Below the pieces are notes generated by a model that was given only the letters and a program-made list of their open reading frames with translations, ran no database searches and was not told the origin of the DNA. Position numbers and translations under genes: made by a program. Positions 1-9,184 of a DNA stretch of 59,484 bases are shown here, one piece after another; position 1 is the first letter of the stretch, and each line of letters starts with the position of its first letter. This stretch comes from Gemmatales bacterium. GTDB lineage: Bacteria; Planctomycetota; Planctomycetia; Gemmatales; HRBIN36. The DNA lies in the NCBI GenBank assembly GCA_025056555.1, contig JANWVZ010000001.1:1-59484 (forward strand), read 5' to 3'.

Positions 1-101
1 GCGAACAGTGCGTTTTCCGCCTCGGTATCTCCTGCTTGCGCCTGAGCTAACATCCCCTCAACCTGACGCCAACTGGTACTCGTCTCTTGATCTTTGCTCA
101 T
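1..101 (-). CDS. ECF-type RNA polymerase sigma factor, first 33 codons only (gene continues past the left edge)
   Basis: ATG at 99-101 (minus strand) with GGGGA about 7 nt upstream. Hand translation is MSKDQETSTSWRQVEGMLAQAQAGDTEAENALF. The AQAGDxEAxxxLF stretch is the usual opening of sigma-70 region 2 in ECF sigma factors. It is absent from the ORF track because it is open-ended. Confidence 0.4.
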   Translation of the reverse strand, partial: MSKDQETSTSWRQVEGMLAQAQAGDTEAENALF

Positions 102-319
102 GGCATGTCCCCGGTAATGCGCTCGCCTGAGCCAGCTTCATTCTAGAAAGGTTTCAGACTTCGGGGAATAACGTGGTGGTTTTGCCGACCGACCGAGTTT
201 GCATCGAAAGAGGTTTTGCAGATGAGCGGGTAACCTGAAACGTCTCAATAAATCCTGTAGATGTGCTGTGGCTGAGCTATGCAGCAAGCCGCTAAAGTCA
301 TGAGAGTCAATGAGCGGAT

Positions 320-1483
320 TTATCGTCCCCAGGTCCGACGAACGCGGCGACCGGCGTGGAAACTTTCCAGCACACCGCTTGCCAGGTTGTCTGCGGAACA
401 ATAAACGGCGATCCCACGGCAGGCGGCTGCTAAGCGTTGTACAAATCGAGTCAGTCCGAAATAAAACGGATCGTCAATCAAGGCGACGGTGCTGACATGG
501 ATACCTTCGAGTTGGCAACGCACGGCTTCTTCGATCGTGCAGCGTGCGGTCTTTTCCGAGGGTGGATAAAGCAAGACGATGTCCCGCCCTTCGAGATGCG
601 CGGTTGGTTCGCCGTCGGTGATGCAGACGATTTGCCGATTGGCGTAGCCGGTGCGACGCAATCGTTCCCGTGCTACGCGCAAAGCTGCCTGAATGTTAGT
701 AAAGTGCTCGGGCGCCCGTTGTGGGGGATTGTCCATAGGAAAGCGCAAGAAGACGCGGCTGTCGAAAATGCTCACCTCCTTCGGTGCGGCCAGCAGTAAA
801 GCGCGATCGGGCAGCGGAGTTGTGAACGTATAAAATCCGATAACTTCCAGGTGGTCTTCGGGATAGCGTTGCCGCACCAGTTCACGCAAGGCCAGGGCTA
901 CACGTTTGGCCTGAAAGAACTTGCCTGCGCGTCCCATGGAGCCGCTCATGTCTAACAAAACAATGGTAGCACATTGGCTGGCGTGGTACGTTTCAGTGAC
1001 GACGAAGTCTTGCTCGGCCAAATGGAGCTGGCGGTGAGGTCCGAGCCGATGAAATTCCTGAGCCTGGCGACGCAAGGCATTCTTGAGAGTTTCGTGAGGA
1101 ACTATCAGAGACAAAGAGTCGCCAAATTGATAGGGCCGGGTTTCTTCCGGTTGCACTTCGCCAGTGCCGCGCCACGAGGTTTCGTGCCGACCCGGGGCAT
1201 CGCGCCGTTCCGTGAGGAACAACTCCTGCAATGCCTTCTGGGCGATTCGCCGCAACCCTTGAACGGTCACTATCAACCGCCCATGCTCGTCTTTGTCCAG
1301 ATAGCCTGCCCGCATCAGTTGCTCAATCAAGTACTGATCTTCCTGCGGCAATCGTTGGAGATAGCGCAACAAATGTTCACCATGTTCGAGCAAATGCTGG
1401 CTGAGTTGATCGAAAATCTTCTCAGCCCCCAAGGATTGGAAAGCGTGGTCTGGGTGGTAGCGTTGAAACTCGAATAAGGGCAC
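320..1483 (-). CDS. von Willebrand factor A (vWA) domain protein
   Basis: 387-aa ORF with a GTG start. MIDAS motif DxSxS in VLLDMSGSMGRAGK, and a later ITDGEPT. The N-terminal ~150 aa helical part is unassigned. Confidence 0.8.
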   Translation of the reverse strand: MPLFEFQRYHPDHAFQSLGAEKIFDQLSQHLLEHGEHLLRYLQRLPQEDQYLIEQLMRAGYLDKDEHGRLIVTVQGLRRIAQKALQELFLTERRDAPGRHETSWRGTGEVQPEETRPYQFGDSLSLIVPHETLKNALRRQAQEFHRLGPHRQLHLAEQDFVVTETYHASQCATIVLLDMSGSMGRAGKFFQAKRVALALRELVRQRYPEDHLEVIGFYTFTTPLPDRALLLAAPKEVSIFDSRVFLRFPMDNPPQRAPEHFTNIQAALRVARERLRRTGYANRQIVCITDGEPTAHLEGRDIVLLYPPSEKTARCTIEEAVRCQLEGIHVSTVALIDDPFYFGLTRFVQRLAAACRGIAVYCSADNLASGVLESFHAGRRVRRTWGR

Positions 1484-1537
1484 GGTTACCGGTTCCGTTT
1501 CTCAATTTCAGGATGCAGGTATTTCGCAAGACGGGAG

Positions 1538-3232
1538 TTAAGTCTGACCAACTACGCGTCGTCCTACGGCCAGTAGCGTCATATCATCGTGTTGGTGAGT
1601 CTGCCCAAGACAGAATTGTTCGACCGCTTTTATCAGGTGCTTAGCTCCCAATTGCGCGGAGGCTGGAGGAGCGGTCTGCACGGCTTGGAGAATACGTTCC
1701 TGGCCGAAACGTTCGCCCTGTGCGCTTGTCGCATCAAGAATACCGTCACTGAATACATAAACGACGTCGCCCGGTTCCAGGCTCACCTCGCAGGCGGTGT
1801 AAGTAGCGTCGGGGTCAATTCCCAAAGGCAAACCGATATGGTCACCCCCTGCTATCTCTTCGACTCGGTCAGTCTTGTTACGACGCACCAGGGCGGGCAG
1901 GTGCCCGGCGTTGACCATGACCAGGCGATGCTGAGCGGGGTCGAGCCAGGAGAGCGACATAGTAACAAAGCGGTCGGATAGCCCGGCTTGAATCAGATAA
2001 TGATTCACTTTCTGCACACTGCGGGTTGGTTCCGGCTCGCTGAGGACACAGTACCGAACATCGGAGGTCATACGCGACATGAGTAGAGCGGCGGCCACCC
2101 CTTTGCCTGCAACGTCGCCGACAGCCAGCGCCCATTTCCCATCTCGTAAAGCTATAACGACATAGAAATCGCCTCCGACAAAACGAGCCGCTTTGTAAAA
2201 GGCGAAGAATTCGTAATCCGCCAATTGAGGAAGGTCGGTAGGCAACAGAATAGCCTGTACTTGCCGGGCAAACTCCATTTCGCGTTCCATACGTTCCCGG
2301 GCGATACGGTGTTCATGCAAACTGGCATTGTCCAGGGCCAGCGCTATCTGGTTGCAGACGGCCACCAATAACTGCAAATCTTCCTTAGTGAACAATCGGC
2401 TGCGATCCTGTGTGTCCAGCTGAATCACAGCCAGAATCTTTCCGTCGGGATTGCGGGCGGGTGCACAGATCACAGAGCGGATAGTGAAATCGGCGATACT
2501 CTCACTGCCACGAAACTGATCGCAAGCGCTGGCGTCCTCACACAAGAAAGCCTCACCGGTACGCAGACATTCCTCGATAATACTGCGCGAAGGCCTGGCG
2601 GAATCCTCGTCCTTGGCCCGGCGACATTTCTTAGCCCGCACGCTCCAACGTCTCGGGCTTTCGTCCGGTATCACCAGAAAGCCTCGGTCGGCCTGACGGA
2701 ATACCTCAAAGAGGCTTTCCAGGATCTGCGGCAGGAGGCTTTCTACATCCAAAGTTCGGATGAGCCGATTGCTGATGTCCAGGAGCAGTTTCAGGTACTC
2801 CGCGGGCTGAGCTTTTAGCGCGATGTAACTGGAATCGTCTTTCACCGGCAACCGCTCGGTCACTGTGGAAGTGCTGCTGACGGAAGGTTCTTCCCGTTCC
2901 GGGCGAAACTCTTCCGGCAACGGTTTGCGGACAGCGTCTTCAAAAAACTGCAGGCGCAGGTCACAGATACGTACCTCATCCTTATCTCGTAAACGCACGG
3001 GCACCTGAGGTTCGAGGGCTCGGCCATTCACCAGAGTCTTATTGCGACTACCTAAATCCTTAATGTAATACTCCCCAGTTCCCTGGCGAAAGACTTCAGC
3101 GTGCTCGCGGCTAACCGCCGGGCTGGGCACTACCAGATTGCAACTTGGATTGCGTCCGATGACGAAAGGGGTGTCTTTCAGCTCGTAGCGCGACCCCACA
3201 TTGGGTCCGCGAACCACTACCAGTGCTGGCAT
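1538..3232 (-). CDS. FHA domain - GAF-like domain - PP2C/SpoIIE-family serine phosphatase
   Basis: 564-aa ORF; GGAGG precedes the ATG at 3232. FHA signature: VIGRNPSCNLVVPSPAVSREHAEV...IKDLGSRNKTLVNG. PP2C/SpoIIE signatures: GGDFYVV, VGDVAGKGVAAALLMS, FSDGILDA, HDDMTLLAV. Confidence 0.85.
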   Translation of the reverse strand: MPALVVVRGPNVGSRYELKDTPFVIGRNPSCNLVVPSPAVSREHAEVFRQGTGEYYIKDLGSRNKTLVNGRALEPQVPVRLRDKDEVRICDLRLQFFEDAVRKPLPEEFRPEREEPSVSSTSTVTERLPVKDDSSYIALKAQPAEYLKLLLDISNRLIRTLDVESLLPQILESLFEVFRQADRGFLVIPDESPRRWSVRAKKCRRAKDEDSARPSRSIIEECLRTGEAFLCEDASACDQFRGSESIADFTIRSVICAPARNPDGKILAVIQLDTQDRSRLFTKEDLQLLVAVCNQIALALDNASLHEHRIARERMEREMEFARQVQAILLPTDLPQLADYEFFAFYKAARFVGGDFYVVIALRDGKWALAVGDVAGKGVAAALLMSRMTSDVRYCVLSEPEPTRSVQKVNHYLIQAGLSDRFVTMSLSWLDPAQHRLVMVNAGHLPALVRRNKTDRVEEIAGGDHIGLPLGIDPDATYTACEVSLEPGDVVYVFSDGILDATSAQGERFGQERILQAVQTAPPASAQLGAKHLIKAVEQFCLGQTHQHDDMTLLAVGRRVVGQT

Positions 3233-3492
3233 AGGTTCCTCCCGGAGACAACCTCAGGAGATTGTGGCGTTCCTATTCTCGCATCTATGCGATTGTAGTT
3301 AGAAGCGTCAGGCCTCGTCAAGGATGGCTGAACTCCCTGTCCACAGCACGACGTGTTCCTCCAAGGAAATTCCCCTGCCGCTCCAGGAGGCCAAACTCCC
3401 TGCCCACAGTGTGACGTGCTCATCAAAAGGCCCCCGTTCGCTACTCCGGTAGCCCAGACCCATCACTCGAAGCAGAGCCATTCCCGTGCCGG

Positions 3493-5301
3493 TCAAAACA
3501 AGCCGTGCACGGCCAGCAGGAAGAGCCGATTCAATTCACTGAGTGTTTCACGGGGTGCCCATAATTCCAATTCCAGGCCCTCGCGCTGGAAGCGCAGACC
3601 GAGACTGAAGAAAGCCGATTTTGCTTCCGGATAGGCCTCTTTCGGAATCAGGTTGCCCAGCCCCTGAGCACTGGCGGTTTTGTCAAGAGTTTCCAACAGA
3701 TGTCGCCACAATCCATTGAACTGGAGCATGACGAGCCCGCTGAGCACTTCGCCCAGGGGTTGGCGATGACGCTGTAAGGTCGCGTTTTCAGCCGGGACAT
3801 TACCTTCGCGGTAGTTTTGCAACCAGCGTTCTGCTTCCTGCGCATCGCGGGTGCTGATCAGGAAGATGCGCTGCTCATCAGCAACAAGCCACAAGGTCCA
3901 TTGATGGCCAAACATATGCTGCAACATCATGACTTCCGCATTACCCGCCAGGCCATGCGCGCCGATAAGCGGTCCCCAATCTACTTCGAGTTCGGCACGA
4001 CTTGCGGTTCGACCCAGGAGTTTTCCCCCATCAGCATGCATGTGGAAGCGAACGCCTTCCGGCATCTCCATCTTAGCCAGTTCCTCCAGAAAACGCAGCA
4101 ACGTCTGACGGGCCAACTGGGCCTTGGCCGTCTCCAGAACGATCATGCCGCGGTAACGCATGTCGAAGGCCCAGGTAACCCGCCGACATTGGCTTTCGAG
4201 AAGCTGACTGGCAGTTTCGGCCAATAAACGCTCGATTCTCGCCGAGTCCTTTGGCAGTTCAGTTCCTGGCTGGCGAACGACCTGCTGATAGCGGTGAAGT
4301 AAAGGCTCCAGCGTACACGCCGTGGGCAGCGAACCGTAGTGAACCAGGCCTGGCGGCAACCGATCCACGTCTCTGATGTTTTCCCGTGGCATGGCACTCA
4401 AGGTTTGCGCCAGGGGGCTTTCAGGACGAATGCGCGCCGATACCTGCACCCGCACCCCTTCTTTTTCGAGACGGGCCGTTATGAGGCTATGTTCTACCTC
4501 GCGTCCTAATTCCAAGAGGTCTAGCCCCACTGTCCCCAGAGCTAACGCTGTTGGCCCGAAGGGGAGTCCTCGGGTTGCCTCCAGGAACTGGCGCGTTTCC
4601 CTGATGCCTTCCGCAGCCAGTTGGACAAGCGGAGCCAGTTTCACGTATGCGGCTAAATCGGCGTCGGCCCAGCGTTGGGTTTCCTGTGGTGTGAGTCGCT
4701 GCGCTAACGAAACCCGTGGTGGCTGATTCGGCAACCTGGCCAACTGTTGAGCAGTTTCCTGCAGTGGCGTGAGCAGGACGTAACCGCCCCGGGGAAGGAG
4801 AAAGACCTCCTGCTCGGCGATAACAGTACGTTGACAACCCTCAAAATGCTGGCGCAACTGCTTGCGCTCCTCGGGCATAAGAAAGCTCCGCAGGAAGGCA
4901 TCGGCATCGCGCACGGGCAGGCCGATGATGACGGGTGGAGGCTGATGCTCCAAGTCCTGCCAACGGACGACCGCCAGAAATAGGGGGCGTTCGCCATCGA
5001 GTTCTTTGCGCTCCCGTTTTTCCAGAAAAGCCTGCACCTGTTCATCGAGGGCCTGCTGTACTACGTCCGCAGCTGCCGGCATGGTTTCGCGCAGGAACGC
5101 ATGTAGCTTCTTCCGAAAACCGTCCAAACCGCGCACTTGAAAAACGCCTTCGACGTAATCGGGCAAGAATTCAAGCGGAGTGGCTGCCCCTGGCGCTGGG
5201 GCTTCCGCGCGGCCCAATTGCGGGTGTATCGGCCAAGCCAGCATTAGAACCACACAGCCCGCGCTGACTGACATCGCCATCAACCTTCTTACGCTGCTCA
5301 T
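3493..5301 (-). CDS. secreted hypothetical protein
   Basis: 602-aa ORF; AGGAG precedes the ATG. N-terminal signal-like segment MSSVRRLMAMSVSAGCVVLMLAWP. No motif recognised. Confidence 0.7.
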   Translation of the reverse strand: MSSVRRLMAMSVSAGCVVLMLAWPIHPQLGRAEAPAPGAATPLEFLPDYVEGVFQVRGLDGFRKKLHAFLRETMPAAADVVQQALDEQVQAFLEKRERKELDGERPLFLAVVRWQDLEHQPPPVIIGLPVRDADAFLRSFLMPEERKQLRQHFEGCQRTVIAEQEVFLLPRGGYVLLTPLQETAQQLARLPNQPPRVSLAQRLTPQETQRWADADLAAYVKLAPLVQLAAEGIRETRQFLEATRGLPFGPTALALGTVGLDLLELGREVEHSLITARLEKEGVRVQVSARIRPESPLAQTLSAMPRENIRDVDRLPPGLVHYGSLPTACTLEPLLHRYQQVVRQPGTELPKDSARIERLLAETASQLLESQCRRVTWAFDMRYRGMIVLETAKAQLARQTLLRFLEELAKMEMPEGVRFHMHADGGKLLGRTASRAELEVDWGPLIGAHGLAGNAEVMMLQHMFGHQWTLWLVADEQRIFLISTRDAQEAERWLQNYREGNVPAENATLQRHRQPLGEVLSGLVMLQFNGLWRHLLETLDKTASAQGLGNLIPKEAYPEAKSAFFSLGLRFQREGLELELWAPRETLSELNRLFLLAVHGLF

Positions 5302-5398
5302 GAGTTGCTCCTTGTGCAGGTTTCTCGTCCCGATGGGAAACTGAGGATGCTCCCGGCAGCATAGCCGATTGTATTGTAGCCGATCCTGTGCGCTTCGG

Positions 5399-5782
5399 TT
5401 ATCCTGCGGAATGCCTCAGCTTCTCCTCCAGGAGCTTTTTCAACAACGAGCGATGACAGCGTTTTTCCTCCACACAAGCCGAGGAACATAACAACGTGAT
5501 GGTTTCGCCCTGCCGAAGACGCTGCAACAAACAGGCGAGCAATTCTTTCTGCTGCCTGACCTCCGCCAGGTAACGGCGGCGGTATTCGGCCCAAGGAATG
5601 GGTGGGCCGATTTTACCCCAGTAAGCCGCATGCAATTCACGGCTGGGGCCGAGTTCAGGCCACCACTCATCCCAAGTTTCCTTCTTCCTGGCCACCCCTC
5701 GAGGCCGATAGCGCGTGATCAGCAAACGAAAACCATCGTCCGCCTCGACAGGATCATTCCAGCGTTTAGTCCGAATTGGCAT
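5399..5782 (-). CDS. DUF488 family protein
   Basis: 127-aa ORF. MPIRTKRWNDP...FRLLITRYRPRGV...WWPELGPSRELH matches the DUF488 pattern as I remember it. Confidence 0.75.
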   Translation of the reverse strand: MPIRTKRWNDPVEADDGFRLLITRYRPRGVARKKETWDEWWPELGPSRELHAAYWGKIGPPIPWAEYRRRYLAEVRQQKELLACLLQRLRQGETITLLCSSACVEEKRCHRSLLKKLLEEKLRHSAG

Positions 5783-6011
5783 ATGCAGGGTTCCTCGTAA
5801 ATGGGCCTAACATTTATTACGACACTGGAGCTACGAAAGTCGTTCGCCATTTGTCTTGGCAACAATCGGGCCGGCTACCGTAGCATACTGTAACACATCA
5901 TAATGTCGTAGGGTGGCTCGCTGTCGCGGAAAGCATGGGTGACCTTTCCCTCCTGAATACGATTAGGTATCACCGAGCAACCCGCATGAAATGCTCGACT
6001 AATGTCGCGTC

Positions 6012-7634
6012 ATGACTCTGCAAGGCCCTGACACAAGACGCACTGCTGAAGAATCCGCTGCTGCACCAGTAAGCCCAACATCGGCGGCCCCGGCCAACGT
6101 CAGTCGGGATGGCCCGTTAGCCACCTCCCAGTCCTCGACGACCAATCCTGTGCTACAGCGATGCCTATGGCGCTGGGCCTTGGCGTTGGCACTGCCGGTC
6201 ATGGTGCAGCAATTCCTGACTTTGGCAGTATCTCTCTCAGACCGACTGATTGCCGGCAGGTTTTTAGGCATGTCGGAAATGCAGCAGCAGCGTTATGTCC
6301 AGTGCTGGGCATCTGCGTTAGCTTGGCAAACGGTGCCCAACGGTTTAGGCGGCACTCTGGTCGCCGCTCATCTGGTACGCGAGGCGGAATGGGAACGGCA
6401 CCGCATAGTGGCGTATCAGTCGGCCCAGACGACGGCAGGCTATCTCAGCTGGTTCCTGAGCAGTTTTACAGTGTTAGTGGCGGTAGGGGCGACGGCAGTG
6501 GTAGCTCGGCACACTGGTGCCGGGGAAGGGGAACAGGCCAACCGCGCTACTCATCAGGCGCTGTGGCTCGCCGGCTTCTTCGGGCTGACGGGGAGTGTTG
6601 CTGGGCTGGTGGGCGTGGACACTTTAGTGTGGGCATTGCAACTGCGGGGCCTGCCTGCGGAATATACCGCAGCGTATCTTCGGCCGATTTTCCTGGCCTT
6701 GACCGGGCAAATGATTGGTTCGGTGGGTTTAGCCTGTCTGGCCGGCGCAGGCGACACCCTGACGGGCATGTGGGTCTTATCGGGGGTAGCCTTGCTCAAT
6801 TTGCCTTTGAGCTGGGCTTTTTGCTTGGGATGGGGACCATTTCCGGAACTCGGTTTTGTTGGCATTGCCGTGGGCACAGCGTGCAGTCAGGTGCTGGGCA
6901 GCCTGGCAGTGCTCGCCGTATTGTATCGCGGTCGCGCCGGGTTGCGTTTACAACGTCGCTACTGGAAAGTTGACCGCGACCTCATGGCGCGCATCTTGCG
7001 GGTCAGCATACCCGCCGGGATAGACAGTCTCTCGGTCGTGGTGTGGCAGCTCTGGTTTCTGAGTATCGTTAACCGCCTGGGGCTGGCGGCCAGTGCGGCT
7101 CATGGCATTGCCATTCAGTGGGAGGCCTTGGGATATCTTTCGGGCGGAGCATTTGCGGCGGCGGCTATGACAATGGTCGGCCAGTCGCTCGGTGCAGGCA
7201 GTGCGCGTCAGGCCCGGCGGGCAGGTTGGACGGCATTCGCCTGGGGCGGCGCAGTCATGTGTGTGATGGGGGCAATCTTCTATACCCTCGCGGAACCGAT
7301 GTTCCGTCTTTTCTGTCCCTATCCCGAACAGGAGCCTATCGTCCGCACTGGTGTGCCGGTATTACGGCTAATCGCCTACGCCATGCCAGTGCTGGCCTCC
7401 TGCATTATTTTCACTGGGGCATTGCGGGGGGCGGGGGATACGCGCGTGCCAGTGATTTTCACCTGGGTCGGTTTTCTGGGTGTGCGGATTCCCTTGGCCT
7501 ACTGGTTGACCGGTCCGAGTTGGCAGTTGGGATTACTCGGTGCCTGGTACGCGATGGTGACCGACCTGGTGGTGCGGGGGGTCGCCTTCCTGGTGCGTTT
7601 CGCGGGAGGACGCTGGCAGAGTTGTCGTGTCTGA
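6012..7634 (+). CDS. MATE family efflux transporter (start uncertain)
   Basis: 540-aa ORF, hydrophobic multi-TM profile typical of NorM/MATE, with two homologous halves. The first ~60 aa are Pro/Ser/Thr/Ala-rich and no SD is visible at 6012, so the true start may be further downstream. Confidence 0.75.
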   Translation: MTLQGPDTRRTAEESAAAPVSPTSAAPANVSRDGPLATSQSSTTNPVLQRCLWRWALALALPVMVQQFLTLAVSLSDRLIAGRFLGMSEMQQQRYVQCWASALAWQTVPNGLGGTLVAAHLVREAEWERHRIVAYQSAQTTAGYLSWFLSSFTVLVAVGATAVVARHTGAGEGEQANRATHQALWLAGFFGLTGSVAGLVGVDTLVWALQLRGLPAEYTAAYLRPIFLALTGQMIGSVGLACLAGAGDTLTGMWVLSGVALLNLPLSWAFCLGWGPFPELGFVGIAVGTACSQVLGSLAVLAVLYRGRAGLRLQRRYWKVDRDLMARILRVSIPAGIDSLSVVVWQLWFLSIVNRLGLAASAAHGIAIQWEALGYLSGGAFAAAAMTMVGQSLGAGSARQARRAGWTAFAWGGAVMCVMGAIFYTLAEPMFRLFCPYPEQEPIVRTGVPVLRLIAYAMPVLASCIIFTGALRGAGDTRVPVIFTWVGFLGVRIPLAYWLTGPSWQLGLLGAWYAMVTDLVVRGVAFLVRFAGGRWQSCRV

Positions 7635-7933
7635 CCCTAGGCTTACGCGCGCAGACGGCCGAAACAGAAGCCACGTAGCCCACCACGATTCTTGTTTTTT
7701 CCCACAGCTTATCGCTCTCAGGGCGACAGGCTTGCGTAGATGGCACCGAGCCCCATACGGACGAAGTTTCTCCAACTCGCCGATACGGAGGCCTTCTCGG
7801 CCATCGAGGTCAGTGCTCCACCGAAAGGTAACAAGCCGCGTTTGGGGCCACCGGTGCATGCGAACTGTTGACCCACCTCTGCCAGTGGGATAGCATAAGC
7901 ACTCAGGCTTGTTCGGCTCAGGAGGTCGCAACC

Positions 7934-8848
7934 ATGGGGCAGCCAATCAGCGGTGCACAATCCGATCAAGCAAGTTTAGGCATGGCTCAGGTTATTGACG
8001 TTTTGAAGAAACAAGGAACCACCACGATCGCATGCGACGCGGAACGAGTGGTCTTTGCTTATGAGGGGGGAGGGCGTTTCCGATTGGTCAAGCTCAGTGT
8101 CATTCACTCAGGTATCCTGCCTGCGAATATAATTGAGGCCAATTCTGGAATCATCGAGCTGGAAGATTGCGTCTTCCGAGGTGCGGTTTGGAGCGAAGAG
8201 AAAAAGTTGGGTGGGAATGGTGTGTGGTTACACGGCGTGGTTCGGGCCACGGTGCGGAACTGCCGGTGCATTGACAATGCGGTGCACGGTATACACGTTT
8301 CGGAACATGCCCAGACGCTACTCGACAGCAACATCTGCGAGCGAAATAAGGGCAACGGTATCAGTTATTTCGACAATGCTGGGGGCACAGCCCAAAACAA
8401 CACCTGCCGAAATAATGGCTGCCATGGGATTGAAGTGTGCGATAAGGCGCAGCCCGTGCTCGAAGGCAACAACTGTGAGGGTAATGGAAGTAACGGCATT
8501 TACTATGGGGGTAATGCTGGAGGCACAGCCCGAAACAACGTCTGTCGGAATAATAACAAAGACGGCATCAGCGTGAGCGACCAGGCGCAGCCCCTGCTCG
8601 AAGGCAACACCTGCGAGGTCAATAAGGAATGTGGCATTGCATTTCGTGGTAAAGCTGGAGGTACTGCCCGCAAGAATGTCTGTCGCAACAATGGCACTTA
8701 TGGGATTTTTTTGGATTACGATGTCAAGCCTGTGTTAGAGGATAATTTCAGTGATAAGACCAAACAAGAAAGTGCTCTTTTTGGTTGCTTAGTCCTTATC
8801 TTTTTACTGGCAATCATCGCTGCGCTCGTTTGGTACTTCTTCTTCTAA
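7934..8848 (+). CDS. right-handed parallel beta-helix (PbH1) repeat protein with C-terminal transmembrane anchor
   Basis: ATG at 7934 preceded by GGAGG at 7921-7925. Four tandem 46-aa units of the type NNxCRNNxxxGIxVxDxAQPxLEGNxCExNxxxGIxxxGxAGGTAx. The last 25 aa (LFGCLVLIFLLAIIAALVWYFFF) are a hydrophobic anchor. Confidence 0.75.
   Translation: MGQPISGAQSDQASLGMAQVIDVLKKQGTTTIACDAERVVFAYEGGGRFRLVKLSVIHSGILPANIIEANSGIIELEDCVFRGAVWSEEKKLGGNGVWLHGVVRATVRNCRCIDNAVHGIHVSEHAQTLLDSNICERNKGNGISYFDNAGGTAQNNTCRNNGCHGIEVCDKAQPVLEGNNCEGNGSNGIYYGGNAGGTARNNVCRNNNKDGISVSDQAQPLLEGNTCEVNKECGIAFRGKAGGTARKNVCRNNGTYGIFLDYDVKPVLEDNFSDKTKQESALFGCLVLIFLLAIIAALVWYFFF
8258..8760 (+). repeat. in-frame tandem 138-nt (46-codon) coding repeats inside the PbH1 gene
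   Basis: Unit boundaries read from the sequence: 8258, 8396, 8534, 8672 (last unit partial). The units are diverged at the DNA level but keep the same peptide pattern. Confidence 0.7.
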
Positions 8849-9184
8849 AGGCCTGATAACAGCTACTTAATCGCTTACTTAGCATCTCGAGTTGTCGCTA
8901 GTGGGATACCCTCTAAGGGTGTGAGACAGTTCCACTAATATAACGCAATCACTAAGCTTTAGCCGAACGCATCGCAATCTCATGTTCCTTAGTACGAGTT
9001 GAATTGGCATCGGCATGTTCATTACGAGCGCAATTGTTGCCCTCGGCTGGGCTGTTGCGGTAGCCGCTGCGATGTAAAGATGCTGATGTGCCGCAGTTAG
9101 TCGGCAGGTGCTACAATTTTCGGGGGCTTGAACGGACAGTTGCCTGATTAAGGAAATTTTCCCCTCGGAGGGTAGCTTATTCTT

